Source of the DNA: Macrostomum hystrix
Lineage: Eukaryota > Animalia > Platyhelminthes
Assembly (NCBI GenBank): GCA_950097015.1
Contig: CATNEN010000001.1
Span: 248,001 to 312,000 of the forward strand
Reading direction: 5' to 3'
DNA: 64,000 nt
A program made the translations under genes and the position numbers. Below the pieces are notes generated by a model that was given only the letters and a program-made list of their open reading frames with translations, ran no database searches and had not been told where the DNA came from. Of the stretch, positions 1 to 13,857 are shown piece by piece (within the stretch, counting starts at the first letter, position 1; each line of letters starts with the position of its first letter).

Positions 1-559
1 AAGACAAAGAAGAAAAGGAAGAAGAGGAAGAAGAGGAAGAAGAGAAGGTGGAAGTAGAGGAAGACAAAGAAGAAGATATGGAGCTTTTAAACTGCCTAGT
101 GCCTGCCATCTGAGACTGAAATTGCTGGTTTTGCTAATCCATAACGATGCAGGTAATTGATCAGGTCAAACCACAAAGAAGTGCAATCTTCAATCTATTC
201 AATGAAGAGAGCAGGTTTTACTTATAAACCTTTCAAATAATTACCACAAGAATATTCCACAATGAAGTATTGAAGGCCTTTTCGATGAAGACTCTCAACT
301 GCTTTTGGCAGTCGGCTGCAGATTGTCAGCGGACTACTGGAAGTGTTTAGCCTGTGCGAAGTGCAGCTAGTTGGTGCTTCGCTGGGTCTGCTGAATGTCT
401 AGCAATAGATAAGAGCCATTGCAAATAATCGTTGCAAATTGCTTGCTTATTCGTTGCAAATAATCTGCTTCGAGAGCTGCAGCAAATCTAACAAGAGCAT
501 GTCTATAATACTCAACCCAACAGTCTCATCAGTTATCTAACTCATCTCTACGCTGTCAC

Positions 560-1420
560 ACATCTTCCCTGTCTCCTCTCTCTTGCCTTATCTCTCCTTT
601 CTCACCTCTTCTGTCTCACCTCACCTGTCTTAACTCACCTGTCTCATCTCACCTGTCTTATCTCTCTTCTGTCTTATCTCTCTTCTGTCTTATCTCTCTC
701 CTGCCTCACCTCTCCTGTCTTATCTCTCTCCAGTCTTATCTCTCTCCTGTCTTATCTCTCTTCTGTCTCACCTCACCTGTCTTATCTCTCTCCTGTCTTA
801 TCTCTCTTCTGTCTTATCTCTCTCCTGTCTCACTTTACCTGTTTTATCTCTCTCCTGTCTTATCTCTCTTCTGTCTTATCTCTCTTCTGTCTTATCTCTC
901 TCCTGTCTCACCTTTTCTGTCTTATCTCTCTCCCGTCTCACCTTTCCTATCTTATCCCTCTCCTGTCTCACCTTTCCTGTCTCATCTCTCTCCTGTCTTA
1001 TCTCACTCCAGTCTCACCTCTCCTGTCTTATCTCTCTCCAGTCTTATCTCTCTCCTGTCTTATCTCTCTTCTGTCTCACCTCACCTGCCTTATCTCTCTC
1101 CTGTCTTATCTCTCTCCTGTCTCATCTCTCTCCTGTCTCACTTTACCTGTTTTATCTCTCTCCTGTCTTATCTCTCTTCTGTCTTATCTCTCTTCTGTCT
1201 TATCTCTCTCCTGTCTCACCTTTTCTGTCTTATCTCTCTCCCGTCTCACCTTTCCTATCTTATCTCTCTCCTGTCTCACCTTTCCTGTCTTATCTCTCTC
1301 CTGCCTCACCTTTCCTATCTTATCTCTCTCCTGTCTCACCTTTCCTGTCTTATCTCTCTCCTGTCTCACCTCACCTGTCTTATCTCTCTCCTGTCTCACC
1401 TTTTCTGTCTTATCTCTCCT
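560..1420. repeat. CT-rich 15/30-bp minisatellite (tctctctcctgtcttat)
   Basis: Direct tandem repeats. Confidence 0.9.
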
Positions 1421-2445
1421 GTCCTCGACACGATCGCAGTCCGATTCCCAGCCCAAGCAATTTGTCTGCTTGAGCAAGACACAGCCAGATTGAGCAAGGT
1501 TAAAACAAAAAAGCAGTTCTTTTGGAAAACAAAATACAAAGAATTTTAACAGAAGTTCGTGAATTATGAAAAAAGCAACAATACTAAATTAGTGTTGCGC
1601 AAGTTTACTATTTTTATCTCAGTTTTAACAATATGGAATCACCAGTTTATCACTGACAAAACGTATGCACTCGCAGCGCTTACTACAAGCAAAACAACAA
1701 AAAAATGTAATCAATTGGAATAGAATTTTATTAGAACTAGAAATTGAATGCACACACTGATAACTCCATTGAAGTTGTGTACACAAAATTAATGTCCAGA
1801 GAGAAAACTAATGAAAGAATTAATTTTTAGGATGCTTAACAAGTAGCCACTTAATGAGTTCATATTTTCGGTTCAGATTCAGATATCAAGCAATCAAAAA
1901 GTGGTTAAGATTAAAAAAGAAAACGTAAAACAATGGTCCACAGGAAAAAAAACTAGGAAATCCACTGCTGAACTGATTGACAATATTTAAACTTTTTTTC
2001 ATTGAAAGTCCCGGAGTTAATGCTTGGGGACATGTTGTGAAATTTAGAATGAAGGTGAGATTGTACAACTGCCTGAAGATGAGAAAGTCAAGGCAGATGT
2101 ACACACCTGCGTGAGTTGTGTGCTCAGGAGTCAACGGAATGAGCATAATTGCCTCCTTTGAATTAATTGTCATTTAACCTTTTTGTACTAGACAACAGAA
2201 GCCAAGACGAATAATAAGGCTATTGGTTCATCTGCTAATTTAAACTACATTTTTGTTAAACAGAATGCAATGCAAACCAATGCAAATCTAAACTTGCAAC
2301 AATGAAAATGAAACAAATATTTAAGGTAGGAGAGATGAAATCTAATTTCAAGGATAGGCAAGCATTTAATTAACACTTGAACAGCAATCAAATGCATATC
2401 AAAATTGTTTTTTTAGGCTATAATTTATTTTCATGAAGAAATTGA

Positions 2446-2863
2446 CCCTGTAAAAAATTCGGCTGCTTCTTCGGCGGTTTTTTTGTGCAAAATAGGAGTG
2501 GAATCTACCAAAATCCCCCCTATCTCGCAAGAGTTAGAGAAACCACCCAGGAAGCAGCCGATGTAACCGTAAATTGTGCGGAAACCGCCGAAGAATCACC
2601 CGAACCAGTGGCCCATGGGACAACCAGAGAATTCTTTACGGGCGATTCCTCGGCGGTTTCTGAGCATGGAATCTTCCGAACTGGAGGATTTTTGGGTGAT
2701 TCCATTTCGCCACCAAGAAGCACCGAGAAAACGCCCAGTTGGGTAGATTCTAAGCATGGAATCATCCGATTGGTATGTTTCCAGCGTTCGGCTGTTTCTT
2801 TTTCTGGAAACACCGCAGATTCCAACTGGAATCACCCAAAGAAACATCCTATTTTTTAGCGGG
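2446..2863 (+). mobile_element. Non-autonomous DNA transposon (CCC...GGG termini, 2-bp TSD; CMC/EnSpm-like), full copy
   Basis: ccctgtaaaaaatt...attttttagcggg flanked by GA/GA; four copies in the window. Confidence 0.8.
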
Positions 2864-3037
2864 GAATTGGTTATATAAAATTACTGCACTACTCTATATC
2901 TTGCCTATTATAACCAGTTTACTAAAGTTAATTGTATTTATGAGGATATGATATTAAACTTAAACAATGGAAATCATAATTAGTCAATACCAAACAGGTA
3001 AATAGATCGCAAACAAATCAAAGTTTGCATCAATCAA

Positions 3038-3571
3038 TCAATAAAACTTAGCCGACTGTTCTGCGCGTTTAACAGCCTTGTCCCGGTGATACTGCCGCTT
3101 ATAATAGCTCTGAGCAAAGGAATTGACAATGGATACTAGAAAGTACACTATCATGCCGGCTACTAGAAGTTCAAAGCCCTGCTGTAGAAGGCTGCGATTT
3201 GAGCCGCTACTAGCAGCAGCGGCGGCGGCGGCGGCGGCAGTGCCAGCATCGCCAGTAGGACGATGCAAAGATTTTCTCTGCTTCTCAAGCAGGTCTCTAA
3301 TAAGAGACTCAAGTAGCGGACCAACAAGTGGGGAGCCGCCAAGCCACTTTGCCAGGGCCTCAACTAGATGAGGCGAGAATGCGAACACGACAAACAGCAT
3401 CTGCAGATGCATCTTAATAACAGCTTTGCCAATTAGTGTGGCAAAGAAGAATGTGCGAAATGGAATGAGAAAATGGCCACACGTGATGCCAGCCAAATCG
3501 AAAAGGGGATTTGGGATAGAGGCGCACAGTAGGATGCCCCAGAAGCCGAGCCGTTGCACCAGGTTGTGTAC
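3038..3571 (-). CDS. VMP1: VMP1 coding exon 3 (terminal)
   Basis: [49 protein letters not shown] motif; tcgcag acceptor; in frame to stop at 3038-3040. Confidence 0.93.
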   Translation of the reverse strand, partial: VHNLVQRLGFWGILLCASIPNPLFDLAGITCGHFLIPFRTFFFATLIGKAVIKMHLQMLFVVFAFSPHLVEALAKWLGGSPLVGPLLESLIRDLLEKQRKSLHRPTGDAGTAAAAAAAAASSGSNRSLLQQGFELLVAGMIVYFLVSIVNSFAQSYYKRQYHRDKAVKRAEQSAKFY

Positions 3572-3823
3572 CTGCGATTGTTGCCAAAGAAAGTAAGGGA
3601 GGGATTGATAGAGGATAAAAAATGAGAATCTTATTTAAATGAATATCAGAAAACACGTGTGCCTTCCCGATTCAAACAAACATATAGGGAAATATATACT
3701 ACTCTAAGTTGGGGAGACCTCTGTTTCTTAGAACTTTTGAGTAGAAGTCTGAAATTTTTAGAAACACAAGAAATTCTATGATTCTCAGAAGCACTCAGAA
3801 GCAACAAATAACTAATACCCACT

Positions 3824-5166
3824 CAGCAACAGAGAACTAATGCTCCCCAGCAACAGAGAACTAATGCTCCCCAGCAACAGAGAAAAAATGCCTCCCCAGC
3901 AACAGAGGAAAAATGCCTCCCCAGCAACAGAGGAAAAATGCCTCCCCAGCAACAGAGAACTAATGCTCCCCAGCAACGGAGAACTAATGCCCCCCAGCAA
4001 CAATAACTAATGCTCCCCAGCAACAGATAACTAATGCCCCCAGCAACAGAGAACTACTGCTCCCCAGCAACAGAGAACTAATGCCCCCAGCAATAGAGAA
4101 CTAATGCCCCCAGCAATAGAGAACTAATGCCCCCCAGCAACAGATAACTAATGCTCCCCAGCAACAGAGAACTAATGCTCCCCAGCAACAGAGAACTAAT
4201 GCCCCCAGCAACAGAGAACTAATGCCCCCCAGCAACAGATAACTAATGCTCCCCAGCAACAGAGAACTAATGCTCCCCAGCAACAGAGAACTACTGATCC
4301 CCAGCAACAGATAACTAATGCTCCCCAGCAACAGATAATTAATGCTCCCCAGCAACGGAGAACTAATGCCCCCCAGCAACAGAGAACTAATGCCCCCAGC
4401 AACAGAGAAAAAATGCCTCCCCAGCAACAGAGGAAAAATGCCTCCCCAGCAACAGAGGAAAAATGCCTCCCCAGCAACAGAGAACTAATGCTCCCCAGCA
4501 ACGGAGAACTAATGCCCCCCAGCAACAATAACTAATGCTCCCCAGCAACAGATAACTAATGCCCCCAGCAACAGAGAACTACTGCTCCCCAGCAACAGAG
4601 AACTAATGCCCCCAGCAATAGAGAACTAATGCCCCCAGCAATAGAGAACTAATGCCCCCCAGCAACAGATAACTAATGCTCCCCAGCAACAGAGAACTAA
4701 TGCTCCCCAGCAACAGAGAACTAATGCCCCCAGCAACAGAGAACTAATGCCCCCCAGCAACAGATAACTAATGCTCCCCAGCAACAGAGAACTAATGCTC
4801 CCCAGCAACAGAGAACTAATGCTCCCCAGCAACAGATAATTAATGCTCCCCAGCAACGGAGAACTAATGCCCCCCAGCAACAGAGAACTAATGCTCCCCA
4901 GCAACAGATAACTAATGCTCCCCAGCAACAGAGAACTAATGCTCCCCAGCAACGGAGAACTAATGCCCCCCAGCAACAGAGAACTAATGCTCCCCAGCAA
5001 CAGAGAACTAATGCTCCCCAGCAACAGAGAACTAATGCTCCCCAGCAACGGAGAACTAATGCCCCCCAGCAACAGAGAACTAATGCTCCCCAGCAACAGA
5101 GAACTAATGCTCCCCAGCAACAGAGAACTAATGCTCCCCAGCAACAGAGAACTAATGCTCCCAGCA
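3824..5166. repeat. 24-bp minisatellite (cagcaacagagaactaatgctccc) in VMP1 intron
   Basis: Direct tandem repeats. Confidence 0.95.
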
Positions 5167-5363
5167 GCTCACAAAACTCGAGTTACAAAATCAACACGAA
5201 GAGCTGTTTCCAATTGAGCTTAAGTCAACTCGGTATGAGTCAACAACGATCAGAAGTGTTTTTAAATCAACGATTTTAGCTTAGAAAATCATAAATTGGC
5301 CACTATAATATAACTATACTATCTAACAGAAGTAGAGTAACAGACAGTAGCCATATGACTCAC

Positions 5364-5573
5364 CAGTAGCTTGACTCTAGTAGTGAGAGGCAATTGTCGC
5401 TTAGCATCGGCAGACTGAGCGGCGTGCCTCTGTTCGTGTAGCAACTGCTCCAATTCGTCTAGTTCCTCACTGTCCGGATCCATGCCAGATAGTCTAGCAG
5501 CTCTGGCTAGAAAGTAGGGCGGCAATTCGCCTATGGCTGTGCCGGCGCCCCAACTGAATGCTTCCAGGCGAAC
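5364..5573 (-). CDS. VMP1: VMP1 coding exon 2
   Basis: [30 protein letters not shown] motif; cgcag acceptor and ctg|gtgagt donor; 210 nt, phase 0. Confidence 0.92.
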
Positions 5574-5589
5574 CTGCGAGGGCGACAAA

Positions 5590-6230
5590 TCTAGATATGA
5601 GACTAGACATGAGACTAGGCATGAGATTATATATGACACTAGACATGAGACTATATATGAGACTATATATGAGACTAGACATGAGACTAGACATGAGACT
5701 AGACATGAGATTATATATGACACTAGACATGAGACTATATATGAGACTAGACATGAGACTAGGCATGAGATTATATATGACACTAGACATGAGACTATAT
5801 ATGAGACTAGACATGAGACTAGGCATGAGATTATATATGACACTAGACATGATACTAGACATGAGACTAGACATGAGACTAGACATGAGATTATATATGA
5901 CACTAGACATGAGACTATATATGAGACTAGACATGAGACTAGGCATGAGACTATATATGAGACTAGACATGAGACTAGACATGAGACTAGACATGAGACT
6001 AGACATGAGACTAGACATGAGACTAGACATGAGACTATATATGAGACTATATATGAGACTAGACATGAGACTCGACATAATACTAGATATGAGACTAGAC
6101 ATGAGACTAGATATGAGACATGAAATTGGACAAGACTAGAAATGAGATTTGACATGACTAGAAATGAGACTATAAGACAAGACTAGAGAAATGAGACTAT
6201 AAGACAAGACTAGAGAAATGAGATTAGACG
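5590..6230. repeat. 12-bp minisatellite (atgagactagac) in VMP1 intron
   Basis: Direct tandem repeats. Confidence 0.95.
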
Positions 6231-6327
6231 CATTACAAGACTGAACGACTCAGTAAATTAAAACAGGATTGACCCTAGAGAAATGAGATAAGACAATAGA
6301 ACTAATAATAAAACAGGAAGTTTTTAC

Positions 6328-7176
6328 CTTCGACAGGATAGCCCAGATGGAGGGTGCCAGCACCTCTGGTGGCACAGTGTCAGTGGGACAGCCAATCTCA
6401 GACGGATAAGGAGGCTCCGGGAAGTTCAAAGTTCGGCACTCGTAAGCGGCCAGTGTCACCCTGGCAATGTGCGGTCCCAAATAGATGAGAAATGTGTGCA
6501 GGCCTGTACCTAGGCCAACACTAGACAGAATGCCAAGCCAGATCCACCAGGAACACCACAGGCCAGTGGCTTCAACAGCGTTTAAGTATTGTCGATGCGG
6601 TCCATCAGCGTGTCTTAGACCAACCAGAGCTAGCAGTAAACAGGCAACTAGGCCAACCCTTAGCCTATTGTGCCACAGTCTAATCATCAGATTGCTAATT
6701 AGAAAATTGCACTCCAACACCGCATAGTAGATTGTGGCTATAGGCCTACGCCACACCACTAGGCGCTCACGTTCGGCTCTCTCCCGCTCTTTGGCCAATT
6801 GACGCAATTGGAATTGTGACTCGGTGCGTGATAGGCCGCCACCGCCGCTGCCATTGGACGGAGCAACGGCAGCAACAGCAGCAGTAGCATCAGCGCCAGA
6901 GTCTACTAAAGCGCCTCTGTAAGCAACTTTAAAACCGAACGCCTCTTTAGTCGAGTTGTATTCCAGACTGTTGTTGGCTTCGCTCATTGCTGCTGAAGAA
7001 TCACCGCTAGATACCAAAGATTGCGACTGTTCTAGTCGCTCAATTAATTCACTTTTTCGGCCAGAGATGCGCAAACCTTTGCTTTTACAAATCTCTCGCA
7101 ATTCGGTTAGTTTGAATTGACTAAAATCTTGCTGGTGTTGCTTATTGGGCTTCTGTTTGCCACCACCGCTGGACAT
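6328..7176 (-). CDS. VMP1: VMP1/TMEM49 (DedA-family ER scramblase) coding exon 1, including N-terminal SAP-like domain
   Basis: ORF contains VMP1 hallmarks WIWLGILSSVGLGTGLHTFLIYLGPHIARVTLAAYEC and NFPEPPYP. ATG (MSSGGG) at 7176 lies just after a tttgcag acceptor. Donor aag|gtaaaa at 6328/6327. Confidence 0.9.
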
Positions 7177-7654
7177 TGTAGAAATGTGGCTGCAAAGTTT
7201 CATATAGGCCATATGTACGCACAATTTGTGTATGACCATATTGGTCAAGGAAAATTACTGTAAAAAAGGACGGACTTAAAGGGGACCGAGGCGTAACACA
7301 GCCCCCTTTCGTTTGTCTATTTTTAGAAGCGAAGGCTTCGTTTAACTGTACACTATTTAAGAGGCTGACAAACGCTCTTCTAGAGGGAAGAAATTACAGC
7401 GCATGGGAGAAAACTTTGACTTTCTACCCATGGGAATAACCGAAACTAAAAGAGAGATGGAATCTTATTTATTGATCGTTTCACTTGTTGTATTCACGGA
7501 GACGACGAAACAGCAAACTGTACAGTTGAAACTTTTTACAGAATTTTCATTTTTTAATCTTTAAACTAGACATTCTATTTTGACAGACGTCTTTAAGAAG
7601 GCATTGTCAGCTGGTTTAAAAATCTGTAATATAGTTTTTAAATTATCTAAGAAT

Positions 7655-8790
7655 ATCTGAAGGTATCTAAGGACACCTGAAGTTACTAAGGATACCTGAA
7701 GTTACTAAGGATACCTGAAGTAGTTAAGGACACCTGAAGTTACTAAGGATACCTGAAGTTACTAAGGATACCTGAAGTAGTTAAGGACACCTGAAGTTAC
7801 TAAGGATACCTGAAGTAGTTAAGGACACCTGAAGTTACTAAGGATACCTGAAGTAGTTAAGGACACCCGTGAATGAAGTTACTAAGGATACCTGAAGTTA
7901 CTAAGGATACCTGAAGTTACTAAGGATACCTGAAGTAGTTAAGGAAACCTGAAGTTACTAAGGATACCTGAAGTTACTAAGGATACCTGAAGTTACTAAG
8001 GATACCTGAAGTAGTTAAGGAAACCTGAAGTTACTAAGGATACCTGAAGTTACTAAGGATACCTGAAGTTACTAAGGATACCTGAAGTTACTAAGGATAC
8101 CTGAAGTAGTTAAGGACACCTGAATGAAGTTACTAAGGATACCTGAAGTTACTAAGGATACCTGAAGTAGTTAAGGACACCTGAATGAAGTTACTAAGGA
8201 TACCTGAAGTTACTAAGGATACCTGAAGTAGTTAAGGACACATGAATGAAGTTACTAAGGATACCTGAAGTTACTAAGGATACCTGAAGTTACTAAGGAT
8301 ACCTGAAGTTACTAAGGATACCTGAAGTAGTTAAGGACACCTGAATGAAGTTACTTAGGATACCTGAAGTTACTAAGGATACCTGAAGTAGTTAAGGACA
8401 CCTGAATGAAGTTACTAAGGATACCTGAAGTTACTAAGGATACCTGAAGTAGTTAAGGACACCTGAATGAAGTTACTTAGGATACCTGAAGTTACTAAGG
8501 ATACCTGAAGTAGTTAAGGACACCTGAATGAAGTTACTAAGGATACCTGAAGTTACTAAGGATACCTGAAGTTACTAAGGAAATCTGAAGTAGTTAAGGA
8601 CACCTGAATGAAGTTACTTAGGATACCTGAAGTTACTAAGGATACCTGAAGTAGTTAAGGACACCTGAATGAAGTTACTAAGGATACCTGAAGTTACTAA
8701 GGATACCTGAAGTTACTAAGGATATCTGAAGTAGTTAAGGACACCTGAATGAAGTTGATAAGGAAAAGATACCTGAAGCAATTCAGGATA
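7655..8790. repeat. 19-bp minisatellite (agttactaaggatacctga)
   Basis: Direct tandem repeats. Confidence 0.95.
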
Positions 8791-11124
8791 CATAAAAATC
8801 GAAAATGACAGACAAGGCTTGTTGGCTTGGTATACGAGTACAACTTTTGCCTACAAGGGCCAACCACTAAGGCAGTGACAATATACACTGTGCAGCAATG
8901 AAAAACATATAAATATGAAAACTAATAGAAAAGTATGCCAGTTTAACAAGTAGATATGGCTTATTTAGTAGGTAATATATAGCTTGTAGAACGCAGTACT
9001 CGTAATATACATATATTATATATTATATATATAATATATGTATATATTGCAACAATAGTATATATATAAGGATATATATATATATATATGTTTCAATAAT
9101 GATTTCAAATGTAACTTTAAAGGCAGAAATTTTATTAGCAGGAGCCACAAGGACTATGGGTATTGACAAAAAAGTGACATTAGACCCATGGCCAGTAAAA
9201 TAATGTTATGTTGTTAGTACAATACTGAATATAGGATAAGTAAATGTTGATGCAATTTTTGTTGCCTGAGAGATTTTTATTATTTTATACCTTATTGATT
9301 GCCAATTTGTGGCGTAAATTTTGTTTTCAAATTATGGTTGATAAGAATTTTGTTGTCTTCCCCCCTTGAGGGCCTATTTTCATATAAAGAAAATGAAAAC
9401 TTACACAAAATGCATTTTAAAATGCACAATTACTGCTTTTATGTATTGTGCAATTGTTTGGCTATTTGCATGTTATTCGAAATGATTGCTTTGAAGTGGT
9501 CAACATGTGATGTGGATGGGCCATATGGAGTTATATGTTGCCCATCATCAGTTGATTGTGATTTAAGTAAACAATTTTGGGGAGTAATAGATGTCAAATT
9601 GTCAAAAAAACAGTCCAAAACTGCTGGCCTGTTACCCAAGAGCGCCAATTTAGTGGTGAATGTGCAATCAGTAGAAATCTTCTCTAAAGCCATGCCTACA
9701 ACAGCCACAACAGCAGACTGAGAAGCAGGAAAGGCTGACTGAAGCCATGGCCAAAGCAGTGGCTAAAATGCTTATAGAAAAGCATCTACCAAGTGTGGAC
9801 ATTGAAGCTTTGTGCCTATTTCTTACCAGCTCCCTTGGCCACAGAATGGAGCCAGCAATGGTCCAAAGGATTGCCAAATTCAGATAGGCCTAGACATTAT
9901 TTCTATAGGCCTAGGCCTATCATCACATTATAATTTTTTATCAGAGCCAAAACCCTACATATTGTTATTTTTGCATTTTGCATAGCTATTTTTGCAAGAT
10001 ACTGCTCCCTGCTCCCTGCTACCCTATAAAGTTGGACTTGGACCTACTAGGCAGGTGCTAGTCATTTGATTTCGTCAAATAAGTTAATGAATATGTCAGA
10101 TGAAGTGACTGAATTTTAGGTGTACCAAAACTGAAATAGACAAAACGATCCAGATGGGTTTGTATTAATTCTGACTAGATGCTAGCGTTATTTAACAAGC
10201 CCAAACGTTTCATTAAAGCCCATATGACAGTTCATGAAAGAAGTCAGTGTTATAAGTGTTGTTCATTGATTTATTGATTTAGCTAGGCTTATTGGTTGAT
10301 GTTTGGCAAAGACAATTAAGAAGACTGATTAGTCCATTTAAGGTGCATATATATGGAAAGCAATTTATTAAAAGCCTCGAACGCACATAATATAAAAATT
10401 TTTGCGTAAAAAATATTAGTAATACGACAAACAGTTTTAAAATGTATCGCGAAAAGGAGCAACGATGAAATTACGAGTATGCGCTGTGTACTTACATTTA
10501 CAACTCCCATAATTCCGGTAAATTTTACACAATACATTGGTTGTCAAGTTTCGTCGAAATAATTTGAGCTGAACTTTGACTTTATTTTTAACATCGAGTA
10601 GAAATCTGAATATCGCTCGGGATGTCAATACATTTTCGGTTACAAGTAACGAATGAAAAATCATTTTTGGAGAATTTAGTAACGGAAGTTACTTCCGTTA
10701 CTTTTTAAAAGTAACTTGCCCAGCACTGACATTTATACGAGCGTATAATGATGATCCTATACAGTTTCTTGTGTTGTAACAGTACTTTCAACTTTTCCCA
10801 TATCCTTGCCCTTTTTTGTTACTTTCTCTTCGTTTCTTTGTTTTTCACTGCGTCACCCTCTTTTCGCAAGCCTTCTGGATTTTAATTTTTATATGATTGG
10901 CAGTTGTATGTTTAACGACCGTCACCCAATGCATGGGTGACGCGTTAGTCAGGCTTTCGTAGCAAACTGGCGCGTTGTTGTGATTAGTTGGGTGGGTGAC
11001 TGCTCTCATTGACCGGCCGCCCTTTACTCGCGGTTGCTTTTCTATTAATTTACTTCGCTGTTTTGCAAAAAATGGGAATCACTTTCCTTTTCACTTTTAG
11101 CAAAGGTTCAAATTCTGCGCGCAC

Positions 11125-12620
11125 GGCTACATTGGCGACCATGCTATAGTTAAGTACCATGCAAAGCGCGCGACGACTACTTGGAGCTACGAGGAATTAA
11201 GAGGCGTCAGATGAGTCAAATGAAGCGGAGAATACTCTCTCAGAATTCATCAATCCTTTACTCCATCCATCAATCGATCAACTCTTAATCCATCAATTAT
11301 CTTTAGAGTTCATCAATTCCTGTCCAATCCTTTAGCGACTGTAGTCAACATTCAGCACAAATCCCTTCCTATACTACAAGAGCAAGGATCAAGAGCGCGA
11401 CGACCAACATCCAGGTCTACAAGCAGATTAACCAATCCCTTTCTAAGCGACGATGGTCGCAGGACAGAGCGGCCAATATTAAGTGAATCAGTTTCTCCTA
11501 GACGCTCACCGAGCCCATTGTCAAACAGAAAGGCAACTGCATGTGATGCAGCATGTTGATAAACCTGAAACTGCTAAATCATTTGACAGCACCTCTAAAT
11601 TAAGCCGCAATTTTCACCAGTGCCGAAGCCGGCACCTACAAAGGCCGATCGAAGACTTCGACGAATTTTTCGTCAGGATCGGCGCGCGCGTACATCCATC
11701 GCTTTCCCGGCCTGATCAACAAGATCAACATGCCGAAGATGCTGACAAGCTAGATCAACACCCTGACAGCATACCTGCAGGTACCGGCTTTCACAACCTA
11801 CACGACGTGGCTTGCATGGGATGCTGTGCGCTTACGCTGGACTAACATGCACCTGGAAAAAGCTGCATGGAAGAACTTCATGGAGTATATGAATGCGGAG
11901 ATCTCGTAGCGCACCTTCGGTCTTGTCACGTGCCTCACTTTTTCGCCGCGAGTTCCGATCGCTCGGCATCGTCAACAGGATGACACCTTCGATAATATAA
12001 GTACCTCACGGAACTGCAACGGCTGCATGGCCGCAAATTAAGGTGTATCCGGATCCCGATGCTCAAGTCTACGCCCAGCAGGCAACCCTATAGCTCGAAC
12101 AGTTCATATGCAAGGACTTAAACTACGTACGACTACGTTGCCGAGCGTCTGCTCAATCAGTTAAATGACACAGTGCCACTGTACACTGCAAACAAGAAAA
12201 GCAAAAAACACACAGCAAAGAACACCGCCAAGTATAGACCTCCGGCGTCCTGAAGCGTCGATTCCTTCATTGTTGCTTGCCGGCTAATGGGCCAGCTACT
12301 TCTATAATGCACTCCAGCAACGGCCGGAGGTCAGTGCCAAGTAAACAGCGGTCCTAATATCTGCTTTGGCTGCGGTCAGCTCAGCCACATCCGTCGGAAC
12401 TGCCTAAACAACAGGAGGGATGGTTCACAAGCACCAGCCCTCGCAGAACTTGGAAGTTCGGCCTCAACACATCGCCTTAGCAGCTGCCATGCAGCCGCCG
12501 GACCATACGCAATTCGTCACGGCGTTTGCTTTCGGGAAATTTGCCTGGCAGGTTGTCTGCCGAAATTTGCTCGCAGAATTTTACTTGCCGTGCTTATGGC
12601 TCCTATCTACCTAGTAACGT
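11125..12620 (+). mobile_element. Degenerate LTR retrotransposon gag relic (Ty3/Gypsy-like)
   Basis: CCHC zinc knuckle CFGCGQLSHIRRNC at 12362-12403; PBS-like ca-t-tggcgacc at ~11130; frame-disrupted. Confidence 0.55.
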
Positions 12621-13845
12621 ACCTATAATTAAGCTACACTATACCTTTTAGCTGATAGCTTGCTTGAATTGCCTTACACTTACACTACGTCTTCCTTTTG
12701 GAGAGCGAAAGTAATAGCTAAATCAATTCAGGATGCTTTAACAAGCGCAATTGTATTGTAGTTTACTTCCTAGTACCACTTTATTAAATTTTCAAGGCTA
12801 TATGATTGTTTCAGTTTATATTATATTTTAATTGACTAATTAGCTTATACTACGAATGCTGCATATTGCGTCAGTTTTATGTTTTCCCGAAGCTGTTTTT
12901 CTTTCAATAACAGTTCGGCACTTTTTGGTATTACGCAAAAGCTTAAAGATTAGCGTTGTTATAATGTTGCCCAGTCAGTGTGCACGAGATGGGGGTAGGG
13001 GGAAGACCTACTAGTATACTTTTGCTCTCAAATCCATGCACTATACTAGCTCTCACAAACAAAAAGCTTCGTTCGCAAAAATACACCTTGGCTCGCATTG
13101 TTTGGATATACTCGTATATATACCTGCCGACTGCTGCCACTTTTGCAGTATATTCGACTAAAAAAGCTGCAGGGTTGAAGTCGGTTTGAAGATTATAACG
13201 CTAAATTGCACCGAGTTTTTCTTTTTACTTGAAAAACGCAAAACATAAAGGTCTCATTTGCTAAAAAGGCGGTCAGGGCCAGAGACAGTTAGAGCTACGG
13301 TCCTTAAATTTATACTTCACATTTACCGAACTGCGTGGCACGCGTTCGAACATTCCAGTTGATATCAAAATAATAATATAGATATATATAGAATAATTAG
13401 GTTAAACAACATCTATAAAAGGTTAAGTAAGCCCCCTGTAACTGGATGCTAAAGGCCTATAGCTTGTATGGCTGGCTCAGCTTTCGAGGCAAAATGCTTG
13501 CAAAAAAAGAAAGCAGACCTAACGATGAAGCGCATTTCGTTTAATGTGTTGCACAATAAACACAAACAGTGTAACATGTATATTGGCAAATTTATTGTCC
13601 CGTAAGTTTTTTTAATATAAAACTGTGCTAACAGAACATAAAGAAAATGTTAATAAGAGACTCAATTTAGCTGAAAAAATATTAAACTAATAAAAAAATT
13701 GCACTATTTTGAGTGTTTTGTTTTAGTTTTCAAAAAGTGTACTAATTCGAATCGAAATCCTCTACAACGCCGGCCATATTTTATTCTTCGGCAGCGAACC
13801 GTAGTATGACGTAGGCTTGTTGAGAATTTTACGATTTCTAAGTGT

Positions 13846-13857
13846 ATTTCTTTTTCC
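13846..13857 (+). promoter_or_regulatory. TCT / 5'TOP initiator of the snoRNA host transcript
   Basis: tttC+1tttttcc pyrimidine tract 45 nt upstream of a perfect ctg|gtaagt donor; TOP starts are typical of snoRNA host genes. Confidence 0.55.

Noticed and set aside
2485-2859. Recurrent ~100-aa ORFs (also at 16846, 19582-19996 and 30724-31075)
   Set aside because: Chance ORFs within a non-autonomous MITE; frames differ between copies and there are no transposase motifs
9299-9877. Possible transposase remnant
   Set aside because: Only a vague resemblance to a hAT C-terminus (PSSVDC), frame-broken; cannot support without a search
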